49,456 nt of DNA from a virus. Lineage: Duplodnaviria; Caudoviricetes. Position 1 is the first letter of the stretch. Every line of letters starts with the position of its first letter. The stretch is taken from the IMG/VR virus record IMGVR_UViG_3300023197_000205, positions 1 to 49,456 of that record; one strand, written 5' to 3'. Shown piece after piece: positions 8,371 to 17,384 of this stretch. Both the position numbers and the translations under genes were made by a program. A model generated the notes under the pieces. It saw only the letters and a list, made by a program, of their open reading frames with translations. It was not told the DNA's origin and searched no databases.

Positions 8371-9045
8371 TTATCCATGCACCTCCCCGAGCGCCCGGGC
8401 AGTCATCTGGCCGTCGACGGCGATGTAGTTGCGCGCCGTCGAGAGGTCGCGCCAGCCGAACATCGACTGGAGTGGCCCCGCATCAAGTCCGCGGCCGGCG
8501 TGATACGACGCCGCGGTCGCACGAAGGCCATGCAGCGTCGTGTCGCTCTTGTCGAGTCCATCGGCTAACTCCAGAGCCGTTTCCAGCCGGCGCTGGAGCG
8601 TCGAGAACGAGTGTGGCCAGCCACCGTACGTGTCGATCAGCCACTCAATGGCGACCGCGATCCGCTGGTCCCAGCCGAACGGCACGTCCCGGACAGCGGC
8701 CTCGGTCTTCGGGTTCCAGTACTCGTCAAGGACCGTTTCGAGGTCCTTCTCGGCGTCGTGGTCGAGTTGCTGCTTGGCGGCCTGTGTGCAGTAGCCGCAG
8801 GGACCGCCGTTGCGGCCCTTCGTGCAACAGTCGTGGCTGGGGATCGACAGCATCTCCCGCCGGCGGTTGACCCACGACCCATCGATGTGCGTGACTTCTC
8901 CCGGGCGGAGGCCCATCCGGCCGCCGATGAGCAACATGGCCCGCGTCTCCATGCTCCGCTGGGTGTCGTCCATCCGCATCGCGCCGATAAGCAGGCGCTC
9001 GAACTGGCGTTCAGTCAGCGCTTTCTCGCGGGTCTGTTCCCTCAT
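8371..9045 (-). CDS. Small tyrosine recombinase, catalytic domain only, with Cys-rich insert
   Basis: GLRPGE, PKT, HGLR, GW, NY; insert HDCC...CGYC. Confidence 0.9.
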   Translation of the reverse strand: MREQTREKALTERQFERLLIGAMRMDDTQRSMETRAMLLIGGRMGLRPGEVTHIDGSWVNRRREMLSIPSHDCCTKGRNGGPCGYCTQAAKQQLDHDAEKDLETVLDEYWNPKTEAAVRDVPFGWDQRIAVAIEWLIDTYGGWPHSFSTLQRRLETALELADGLDKSDTTLHGLRATAASYHAGRGLDAGPLQSMFGWRDLSTARNYIAVDGQMTARALGEVHG

Positions 9046-9302
9046 GCGCTATCGGCCTCCGATTCGGCCGCAGCTACCAGCGCGTTGTACGCCGAGTGGT
9101 CCTGATCCTGCTCGGACTGATCCAACTCGCCCGAGCAGATCTTGCACTCGTCGATGTCAGCAGGATATGCGTCCCGGGAGCGTGGCAGCGGATTCCGGGC
9201 CTCCTTCAGGCCGGGGCAGTCCGGGTCGGTGTGGACCTTCCGGTCGCCATGGCCGCCGTTGCTTCGACCGGCGACGTAGACCGTTTTGGTCTGGTTGGTC
9301 AC
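9042..9302 (-). CDS. Zn-binding hypothetical protein
   Basis: HTDPDC...CKIC; ATGA overlap. Confidence 0.7.
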   Translation of the reverse strand: MTNQTKTVYVAGRSNGGHGDRKVHTDPDCPGLKEARNPLPRSRDAYPADIDECKICSGELDQSEQDQDHSAYNALVAAAESEADSA

Positions 9303-9475
9303 GCCGACTCACCCCCTTCAACGTGGGCGACGTGGCCGGTCACGTCGTTGTGGGCGAGGCCCCGGCCGATTGCGATGTCCTTCTCGCTGTAGGGTTCGTC
9401 CAGATCGCACTCGGTGCAGACGACGCGGTACTGTTCAGTACCGCTCCCACACGTACCGGATTCGTCCTCAGTCAT
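9299..9475 (-). CDS. Small C2H2-like protein
   Basis: CTEC...AHNDVTGH. Confidence 0.65.
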   Translation of the reverse strand: MTEDESGTCGSGTEQYRVVCTECDLDEPYSEKDIAIGRGLAHNDVTGHVAHVEGGESA

Positions 9476-9746
9476 CTTGATCACCCTGGATTGGGGTGCG
9501 GTCAGCGACGGTCACGTTCTCTAACAGTTCGCAGATGGGGCACCGGATGACATGGCAGCAGTCACAGGCGTTCGTTCCCAGGTTATCACAGTCCTTGTTG
9601 TGAACCTGGATCTGGCCGTCCTCGTGGATGATGGTCCGCGAGGGGTACTGGTTCTCCCATCCAGCCCCGCAGTTTCCACACTCGTACGAGACCTCAAACG
9701 CGGGGCTACGCACGCTGTCGCCTGCAGGCTCCGTAGATTCAGTCAC
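9468..9746 (-). CDS. Cys-rich Zn-ribbon protein
   Basis: CGNCG...CDCC...CPIC. Confidence 0.7.
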   Translation of the reverse strand: MTESTEPAGDSVRSPAFEVSYECGNCGAGWENQYPSRTIIHEDGQIQVHNKDCDNLGTNACDCCHVIRCPICELLENVTVADRTPIQGDQDD

Positions 9747-10180
9747 TTGCCATCACCGTCGGTATCGTCGCCGGGCAACGGCAGCTGCTCGATGTACTCT
9801 TCGGCTGCCGTCTGCGCCTCGACCAGTTCATCAACAGCGCTGGGTACGTCGGCATCGGCGCGAGCAGCGGCGTGAGCATCCTTGACGATCTCCTGGTCGG
9901 CCCCCTCAGCGAGCGCGAAGAGCACCAACGTCTTGCGCCACTCCTCCCAGTCGGCGGGATGCTTCAGGGAGTGTGCGAATACGGACTGCAGTAGATCGTG
10001 TTCGGCATCCTTCGTTGGGTTGCCGCCATCGGCCACCAGGTCGTTCTGGTAGATGCGCTCGTGTTTGAGCAGCGCGAGCGTGGGCGCTTCGTTCCCACAC
10101 ACGACACACCGGATCATCCGCTCCCCATCACGCTCCACTTCTTCAGCGTAGCCTGGGAGCTGGAGACCGCCTTCAGACAT
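9743..10180 (-). CDS. Hypothetical protein
   Basis: Start MSEGGLQ after GGAGGTG; CVVCG; LVADGG linker. Confidence 0.65.
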   Translation of the reverse strand: MSEGGLQLPGYAEEVERDGERMIRCVVCGNEAPTLALLKHERIYQNDLVADGGNPTKDAEHDLLQSVFAHSLKHPADWEEWRKTLVLFALAEGADQEIVKDAHAAARADADVPSAVDELVEAQTAAEEYIEQLPLPGDDTDGDGK

Positions 10181-10577
10181 CTTGGCCACCTCCATTCCGG
10201 CCAGCGCCTGCCCCGTCGTAAGACGGCATCCCGTGTTCGTCTCGATGGAGGAAGTCCACTTCAGAGAGTGGGACGATCGTCGCCTTGCTGTAGTCGCTGA
10301 TGTGGTCCCTGAAGACGCCCTCATACTCCATCGCCAGCAGGTGGCCCGTATGATGGTATTCACCGTCGATGAACACGATCGTCGTGTACTCGGGATACGG
10401 GTCAGCAAGCATGACGTAGACCGTCGCCTTGTTGACCTTGAGCCGGTCTCCGTCAATGTGCTTCCCCGCTTCGAAGACGGCAACACTGTTCCAGCCGAGC
10501 ATCCCCGTGAGACTATCGACGCTACGGGCGATCCTGCCGTCCAACTGGTCACCCTCAGCGATAGCCTGTTCACTCAT
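10173..10577 (-). CDS. Hypothetical protein
   Basis: Start MSEQAIAEG; overlaps neighbours. Confidence 0.65.
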   Translation of the reverse strand: MSEQAIAEGDQLDGRIARSVDSLTGMLGWNSVAVFEAGKHIDGDRLKVNKATVYVMLADPYPEYTTIVFIDGEYHHTGHLLAMEYEGVFRDHISDYSKATIVPLSEVDFLHRDEHGMPSYDGAGAGRNGGGQDV

Positions 10578-10695
10578 CGTAACCACCCGCGACGCGGGAC
10601 TGCTGTCGCAGCTCCTCCAGCGGGCCGTGGCCCTCGCCGAAGCCATAGGCGATGTCGGCACGCACCTCGTCGACGTCCCGGCCCCATCTACTCAT
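10570..10695 (-). CDS. Small hypothetical protein (41 aa)
   Basis: My translation MSRWGRDVDEVRADIAYGFGEGHGPLEELRQQSRVAGGYDE; GAGGTGA SD; fills the operon gap. Confidence 0.5.
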   Translation of the reverse strand: MSRWGRDVDEVRADIAYGFGEGHGPLEELRQQSRVAGGYDE

Positions 10696-11188
10696 CGTTG
10701 CTCACCTCAGTCCCCACGCGGGCGGCCTTCGCGAGCTCCACGGCCTCGTCGATGGTGCCAGTGTCGGCGACGCCCGCGACGGACGCGAGCGAGTACAGTT
10801 CGTCGACGTCCGGCGCGCCGTCGAGGTCCATCGCCGCCTGAAACAGCTTGTCCAGCACGTCGCGACCGACGCGCTCGGCGATGCGGTCGCCGTCGTCGGC
10901 GTGGTGGGCGTCGATGAGCCGCACCCGCGAGGCGGGAAACGTGTAGGTCTTCGACGGCTCCGACCGCACGTCGGAGACGTAGACGCACTCGACGACGGCC
11001 TCCTCGTTGGACGCGGCGAACTTCGTGTTGGCGTAGTTCTCCGTCAGCTCGTAGTTGTTCTCCGCTGACCACGATGCGACGGTCTGGTCGGGCGCGTCGA
11101 GGACGATCATCGCCCGCCCCTGCGCGGCGTCCATGACGGGGTCGCCGATCCGGTACGGGTTCTCGACGCTGTCCTCGCGTTCAGACAT
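10688..11188 (-). CDS. Hypothetical protein with SH3-like N-domain
   Basis: YRIGDPVMD...VVECVY...YTFPASRV. Confidence 0.75.
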   Translation of the reverse strand: MSEREDSVENPYRIGDPVMDAAQGRAMIVLDAPDQTVASWSAENNYELTENYANTKFAASNEEAVVECVYVSDVRSEPSKTYTFPASRVRLIDAHHADDGDRIAERVGRDVLDKLFQAAMDLDGAPDVDELYSLASVAGVADTGTIDEAVELAKAARVGTEVSNDE

Positions 11189-11507
11189 CGTCGCTCACCC
11201 CCGCGGCCTCGGCCAGCTCCTGCTGGGCCTGGAAGATGTGGTCGGTCAGCGGGTCCGCGCCGCCGACATCGATGTTGCGCTCCCGCCCGATCTGGTTGAT
11301 CGCGGCGACGACGTAACCCTGCGCGTAGGCATTGAGGTCGTCGTGGTTCGATACCTCCTCGCGGAGCTCCGCGAGTGGCGTGCACGCTTCGCGTGCGCCG
11401 ACGTCCGGGCCGCCGGTCCGGTCGATCATCCGCTGGAGCTCACGGGCTGCGACTCGCGCGGTCTCCGCGGAGATCTCGACGGTCTCTTCGCCGGCAGCCT
11501 CAGACAT
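11181..11507 (-). CDS. Hypothetical protein
   Basis: Start MSEAAGEE after GGAGGTG. Confidence 0.65.
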   Translation of the reverse strand: MSEAAGEETVEISAETARVAARELQRMIDRTGGPDVGAREACTPLAELREEVSNHDDLNAYAQGYVVAAINQIGRERNIDVGGADPLTDHIFQAQQELAEAAGVSDDV

Positions 11508-11949
11508 CGGCCGCCACCTCCTCAAGCACGTCGGCCCGTTCCGCATCGGTGGTGTGGTACTGCAGCCAGTCGGCGGCCTCATGCCGGGCATCTACGACCT
11601 TCTCACGTTCCCAGTAGCCCGCCGCGGCCCACTGGTCGCCGTCTTTGATGACGGTCCTGCAGGACTCGGCGACGACCTCCAGCGCCCGCTTGCGAGCGAC
11701 GTGGGCGAGCTTCCCCCACGCATCGCGGACGTCTTCGACGAGCTCGGCACCGTCGCCGTGGTAGCTCTCGCGCAGGTCGCCAGCTGCGTCAGCCGTTGCC
11801 GCAGCGTCGCACAGCCGGGCCAGTTGATCGTCTTCGCTGAGCCGGTCGTGGACTTTGTTGTGCAGGGGGGCGGCGTCGAAGTCAGACGCCATCTTCTTGG
11901 CGAACTCCCGTTGCCGCTCCTTCGAAGCAACGGGGCGGCGCGTCATCAC
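11500..11949 (-). CDS. Hypothetical protein
   Basis: Acidic helical ORF, coupled to neighbours. Confidence 0.7.
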   Translation of the reverse strand: MMTRRPVASKERQREFAKKMASDFDAAPLHNKVHDRLSEDDQLARLCDAAATADAAGDLRESYHGDGAELVEDVRDAWGKLAHVARKRALEVVAESCRTVIKDGDQWAAAGYWEREKVVDARHEAADWLQYHTTDAERADVLEEVAADV

Positions 11950-12455
11950 GCGTCACCTCCGTTGTCAGGGTGCCGCCACCCGCGCTCCCGCGCGACGTGG
12001 TGGGTCCACGTCCGGACGTCCTTCTGCGGGGCGTCCTGGTCGAAGACGGTCGGGGCCTCGTCGCCATCGCCGATGACTTCGACCTCGTTCTCCTCGGGAT
12101 CCCAGACGTGCTTCGCGCCGTCGCCGTCGATGCCGAGGAACTGCTCGGCGTCGAGCAGGCGCTTGACGTGGTTCACGTGCACGAACCGGGCGCGCGGGAA
12201 GCGGTCGAACTCGACCTTGACACGCTCGTCTTCACGGAGCGTCTTCGTGTGAACACGAACCGTCGCGGGGAGCTGCTGTCGGCCGTGGAGGTGCTTGGCG
12301 TCGCCGGGCAGCTGGACCATCGCACGAGCACCGTCGAGGCGCTGCTTGGTCTCGCGGACGTCGATCTCCGTCGTTTCGATGCCGTTGACCTCGCGCGTCG
12401 TGCGCGGGATCGGGCTGTCGTCGGTACCGTTTTGGGTCTGCGGTTGCGAACTCAT
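11946..12455 (-). CDS. Hypothetical protein, first gene of the second leftward operon
   Basis: Acidic ORF downstream of a structured leader. Confidence 0.75.
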   Translation of the reverse strand: MSSQPQTQNGTDDSPIPRTTREVNGIETTEIDVRETKQRLDGARAMVQLPGDAKHLHGRQQLPATVRVHTKTLREDERVKVEFDRFPRARFVHVNHVKRLLDAEQFLGIDGDGAKHVWDPEENEVEVIGDGDEAPTVFDQDAPQKDVRTWTHHVARERGWRHPDNGGDA

Positions 12456-12536
12456 GTTGCTCTCACTCTCTCGGGAGCACGAGGCCGGTGTTCCAGCACC
12501 GGTCCATTCTGCGTACGACGCCTCGCGCTTCCTACT
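12456..12536 (-). promoter_or_regulatory. Structured 5' leader, copy B (CCGGTG-CTGGAA-CACCGG hairpin inside an outer stem)
   Basis: Homologous to 16579-16655; outer stem AGCGCGAGG/CCTCGTGCT. Confidence 0.6.
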
Positions 12537-12647
12537 CCATAGTACAACAGCCGGGTACTAATAGATTACGATGTAAGCCTACAACCAAGGCCTATGTAGA
12601 AAGCTTTCATCGTAAGCGTTACAACGCTGGAAGACATCGTTACTCTT

Positions 12648-12917
12648 GTGAGCACGACCAGTGACCATCCGGGCATGCTTGACCCAGAGGATCTGCGCGA
12701 CGTGGACCGGGAGTTGCTTGGGTACATGGCCGCCGGGCGTGTAACGCCCGCCTACGCCCGCAAGCGGCTCATGGAAGACAGCGTCGGCGAGTATAGTCGT
12801 GGGTACGTCCAGCAGCGGCTGGCTCGGTTCGTCGAGCACGACCACGCGACCAACCTACTCGACACGGGCCTCTACGAGCTCGTCGATGACCCGCGGGGAG
12901 AGGGCGATGCAGAGTAG
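12648..12917 (+). CDS. PhiH1-repressor-like winged-helix regulator
   Basis: DRELL...GRVTP...YSRGYVQQRLARFVEH...GLYEL; divergent from the leftward operon; start may be ATG 12675. Confidence 0.75.
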   Translation: MSTTSDHPGMLDPEDLRDVDRELLGYMAAGRVTPAYARKRLMEDSVGEYSRGYVQQRLARFVEHDHATNLLDTGLYELVDDPRGEGDAE

Positions 12918-13551
12918 TGTCGACCGCACTGCGGGCGAGGTCGACTGGCCCGCGTGGGCGGACCGGACGCCGACCGCCAAGCGGACGCGGACGTCGAAGT
13001 TCAGCGTCACGCTGGCGAGCGCGCTCAACGACATCGAAACCGAGCTGGAGGACCGGCTCGGCGTCGACGACTGGCGGCTCTCGACCGCGGTCCCGCACCG
13101 CAAGTCCGACGGCCGCCCCTACGCCGATGCGAACCCGGACGACCCGGCGGCCGTGGTCCGCTGGTCGATGGACGGCGAGCAGTACGCCGTCGCGGCCGAC
13201 GAGTACGCCGGCCTCCGGGACAACGTCCGGGCGATCGGGCTCTACTTGGAGGAGAAGCGAAAGATGTCGAACCGGCCGATCCACACCGGGCAGTCGGAGT
13301 TCGCGACGGCGCGACTTCCCAGCGCCGGCGAAGACGCGATCGCCGCCCCGCCAGCCCAGCGCTCCGACGACGTTCTCGACGAGGAACCGCACGAGGTCTT
13401 GGACGTTTCCCCGGACGCCCCCGACGAGATCGTCCGGGCAGCATTCAAGGCCCAGGTGCGGGACCTGAATGGACACCCTGACACCGGCGGGTCGTCTGGT
13501 CGATTCGAGAAGCTCAAGCAGGCGAGGGAGGAACTGCTCGACGATGACTGA
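12907..13551 (+). CDS. Protein with C-terminal J-domain
   Basis: PHEVLDVSPDA...HPDTGGS..F.KLKQAREEL. Confidence 0.85.
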   Translation: MQSSVDRTAGEVDWPAWADRTPTAKRTRTSKFSVTLASALNDIETELEDRLGVDDWRLSTAVPHRKSDGRPYADANPDDPAAVVRWSMDGEQYAVAADEYAGLRDNVRAIGLYLEEKRKMSNRPIHTGQSEFATARLPSAGEDAIAAPPAQRSDDVLDEEPHEVLDVSPDAPDEIVRAAFKAQVRDLNGHPDTGGSSGRFEKLKQAREELLDDD

Positions 13552-13741
13552 CGCCGTCCCACCGGAGCGTGCCGACCCGCTTGCGGTCGGGGACGACAGC
13601 GTCACACCCCGTCCTCGCGACGACCTCGTCGCCGGCCTGATGGAGGCCCGCGACTGCCCACGCCCCGCCGCCGAACGCTACCTCGCAGAGCACGGCCCCG
13701 AACACGCCGAGCGTGTCCTTCTGGCGCGCTGGACGTCTTAG
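13544..13741 (+). CDS. Small hypothetical protein
   Basis: Start MTDAVPP overlapping the J-domain stop. Confidence 0.55.
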   Translation: MTDAVPPERADPLAVGDDSVTPRPRDDLVAGLMEARDCPRPAAERYLAEHGPEHAERVLLARWTS

Positions 13742-14040
13742 TTGAGCTCCTCGTACTTTTCCCCGGTGAGGGTGTCTAAGTGAACCAAGAACGTGTCGCC
13801 CTCCTCCAAGAAGTCCGGAACAGTAGTGCTGACCACTTCGACGACAACATACATTTCGACACCGGTCCCGCCGGCCATCTCGGGATATGGCTCACGAACC
13901 TCGACAACATACTCTGGAACAGTTGATGTTCTATCGGTTTGTTCTACTGGGACGTTGTGAATGTCGGACTTTTCTCGCTGTGGGTGTCGGAGCCGGGTCC
14001 CCTCATCCGGGATTTTCCCATCTGGGTCGTGTACTTTCAT
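13738..14040 (-). CDS. Hypothetical protein, lower GC
   Basis: Acidic 100-aa ORF with its own T-rich upstream box. Confidence 0.65.
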   Translation of the reverse strand: MKVHDPDGKIPDEGTRLRHPQREKSDIHNVPVEQTDRTSTVPEYVVEVREPYPEMAGGTGVEMYVVVEVVSTTVPDFLEEGDTFLVHLDTLTGEKYEELN

Positions 14041-14064
14041 AGACAGAATGACCGTTTAGGCGGG

Positions 14065-14240
14065 CAAAAAGCTGTCGGCAGTATAATGGGTGGTGTGCCG
14101 GGAAACACCGACGGCGGTTACCCGCCGACGGCTGGCACGAACTACTCCGAATCGGTTCTCTTTCGCGCCGGGCGTGGTAGTATATGCGGTTGGACAAGCC
14201 GCACCAGGGCCCGGATCGACGCCGTTTCGCGCGTGCCGTG
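14065..14240 (-). ncRNA. Candidate structured non-coding RNA
   Basis: Two long hairpins (14095-14138, 14168-14214); AAAAATTATT box upstream and T-run downstream on the minus strand. Confidence 0.35.
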
Positions 14241-14287
14241 CTGTACTTCTCGGCGGTGGCGAATAATTTTTACCCCAGTGTAGCTTG

Positions 14288-14620
14288 CTACGATTCTGGC
14301 GGCCAGTCTCTCTCAAGTGCGGCTTCAACCCGTTCCCGGATCTCCTCGTGATCCTCTTCCCGAGCTCGTTCGACGATCGCCTCGACGGCCTGTGGAATGT
14401 CTTCGACGCCGATAACAACATCCCGCGGGTACATTGAGTCTATCCCGAACTCCTGTATCTCGATTGCGTCTGGGGCGGTTCCGAACATGTGGCCGATCCA
14501 GATCCCCGGGACCTGGTTGTACTTGGTCTGCTCGTCAACTTCGTCCTCCCAGTAGGGCTCGCGCACTATGACACCCTCTTCGTCTACGTCTGGGCGCGTG
14601 TCGTCTCTTTCTGCTGCCAT
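14288..14620 (-). CDS. Hypothetical protein
   Basis: Acidic 110-aa ORF divergent from parA. Confidence 0.7.
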   Translation of the reverse strand: MAAERDDTRPDVDEEGVIVREPYWEDEVDEQTKYNQVPGIWIGHMFGTAPDAIEIQEFGIDSMYPRDVVIGVEDIPQAVEAIVERAREEDHEEIRERVEAALERDWPPES

Positions 14621-14723
14621 GGCTGACCGGTCGGGTGGTGTTCATGTAAGCGCCAGCCATGGGCGCGGTGAAAGTGAAAGTGTCTGACGTACTATTATAT
14701 CACCACAGGCGGATCGGTCGCCT

Positions 14724-15664
14724 ATGTCACAACAGGCACCACAGGCGCAAGGGCCGCCGCGGGTCGTCGTGGCGAACGCGAAAGGCGGCGTCGGGAAGAC
14801 CACCATCGCGGCGAACCTCATCGGCGGGCTCAGCGAACAGGGCTACGACGTGCTCGGAGTCGACGCCGACCCGCAGGGCAACCTCACCGAGGCGTTCGGC
14901 TTCTTGGACAGCTACGAGCGCGACCCGCCGACGCTGTTCGACGTGCTGCTCGACCACGGCTCCCGTAACACCATCGCGGAGATCCTGGAGCACGGCGATG
15001 AAGCAGATTTGGTCCCCAGTTCGATCGACATGCTCGGGTCGTCGGAAGAGCTCGCCGCTGCCCACTTCCTCGCGAAGCTGCACAACGACCCGGACTACGC
15101 GCTCGAACCGGAGTTCCTCGAGGACGTCACCGGAGTCTTGGAGATGCTGACCGAGCTGGTGACGCCGGCGACGGTCGGGGGCGACCCCCACGGCTACGGC
15201 CTACTGGACGACGCGCTCGACCACGTCGACGGCGACTACGACGTCGTCGTGATCGACGCGCCGCCGGGGCACAACCCGATGTTCAAGAACGCGCTCTACG
15301 CCGCGCCGAATCTCGTGGTCCCCGCGACGGCCGAGGCGAGCTCGAAGGGCGCGGTCGACCGCCTGTTCGACGAGGTCGCCGCGTTCGAAGAGGAGACGGA
15401 TGTTGCCGTCGCCGAGCGCTTCGCCGTCGTCAACCGGATCCGCATGAGCACCAAGGCGGCCGACCAGATGACGGCGTTCCTCAAGGAGGTGTTCGACGAC
15501 GTCCCCGTGTTCGAGGTCCCCGAGCGAGTGTCGCTGTCCTACGCGTACGACGCCGGCGAGTCTATTTTCCAGTACGAGCCCGATGCGGACGTCGCCGAAA
15601 CGTTCGCGGACGCCGCCGCGCACCTGGCCGACGATCTCGGCCTTGGGCCTGCAGGTGATGCGCG

Positions 15665-15668
<4 letters not shown>
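14724..15668 (+). CDS. parA: ParA/Soj family partition ATPase
   Basis: Deviant Walker A NAKGGVGKTT; DADPQGN; YDVVVIDAPP. Confidence 0.95.
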
Positions 15669-16386
<718 letters not shown>

Positions 16387-16578
16387 ATCATCGTCGAGGG
16401 TGGTTGGCCTCCGACTCGCACCGCCGCAACTGTGGGGGTTGAGGTGGGTGAAACGGGGTTCTACACCGGGAACGTCGGGGTCCCGATAGCGTAGTACCAG
16501 ATTTCCGGATAAAAACTGTGAGCCGTGTGAGTGGGACTCCCCCGCCGAGGGATTTATTTTTCGCGAGACTAATGCATC

Positions 16579-16655
16579 AGTAGAAGCACGGTTTCGCCAT
16601 TACAAAATGGCCCGGTGCTGGTACACCGGACCGTGCTTCTTGGAGCCCAAGAAGC
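16579..16655 (+). promoter_or_regulatory. Structured 5' leader, copy A, with a competing hairpin at the start codon
   Basis: Outer stem 16582-16592/16630-16640; hairpin CCGGTG-CTGGTA-CACCGG; alternative GCTTCTTGG-agc-CCAAGAAGC abutting ATG. Confidence 0.6.
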
Positions 16656-17366
16656 ATGTCAACGTACTCGCCCTCCGCGGAAAAACGTAGTGGCATCACC
16701 CACAGCAAAGACGACGCGCTCTCTGACCGTGAGTACCAACTCCTTCTCGAGGGAGCTGGGAAGATGCGGGACTACTACGGGCAGCAAGCCCGCTTCGTTA
16801 TCCTACTCGCCGGGCGTCTCGGTCTCCGCGCCGGCGAGATCGCTCACATGGATGCGTCGTGGGTAGACTGGCGCCGTAACATGATCGTCGTCCCGCGCCA
16901 CGATCCCTGTTCCAAAGGCCAAGATGGCGGCCCCTGCGGCTACTGTCGGTCCCAGGCCCATCAGCGCGTCGACCACAACCCCGAGATGACTTTCGGCGAG
17001 GCAATTGAGCACGCCTGGAGTGCGAAGACTGATGCAGCTGCCCGGGAGGTCCCGTTCGACTTCGATCCGCGTGTCGAGCTCACGATCGAGCGCTTCTTTG
17101 ACCGCTTCGACGCGTGGCCGGTTAGCCGGCAGGGTGTCAACCGGCGGGTCAACCGTGCTGCAGAGGAAGCGTCCCAGCTGGACCCCGACGACATCTACCC
17201 ACACTGTTTGCGGGCGACCGCCGCGTCGACGATGGCGGCGAGGGGGCTCAAGGTTCTGCCCTTACAGGCCATGTTCGGGTGGGCCTCACTAAGCACGGCA
17301 CAGGCTTACGTCGCGCAGTCTGGTGAGAATACCGCCCGCGCACTGCACCAGATCCACTCGCGATGA
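16656..17366 (+). CDS. Small tyrosine recombinase, paralog of 8371-9045
   Basis: GLRAGE, AKT, HCLR, GW, AY; insert HDPC...CGYC. Confidence 0.9.
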   Translation: MSTYSPSAEKRSGITHSKDDALSDREYQLLLEGAGKMRDYYGQQARFVILLAGRLGLRAGEIAHMDASWVDWRRNMIVVPRHDPCSKGQDGGPCGYCRSQAHQRVDHNPEMTFGEAIEHAWSAKTDAAAREVPFDFDPRVELTIERFFDRFDAWPVSRQGVNRRVNRAAEEASQLDPDDIYPHCLRATAASTMAARGLKVLPLQAMFGWASLSTAQAYVAQSGENTARALHQIHSR

Positions 17367-17384
17367 CGGTCACGTCGGGAGCAG

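Noticed and set aside
7646-8371. 241-aa minus and 177-aa plus ORFs
   Set aside because: They overlap the acidic 129-aa and 46-aa genes, which have a promoter and plausible composition
14160-14235. tRNA-like appearance (GGATCGAC loop)
   Set aside because: No acceptor stem and only a 3-bp T stem; kept only as a generic structured RNA
16425-16445. TGTGGGGGTTGAGG resembling the 3' end of haloarchaeal type I-B CRISPR repeats
   Set aside because: Single short partial match; the 5' half does not match and there is no array
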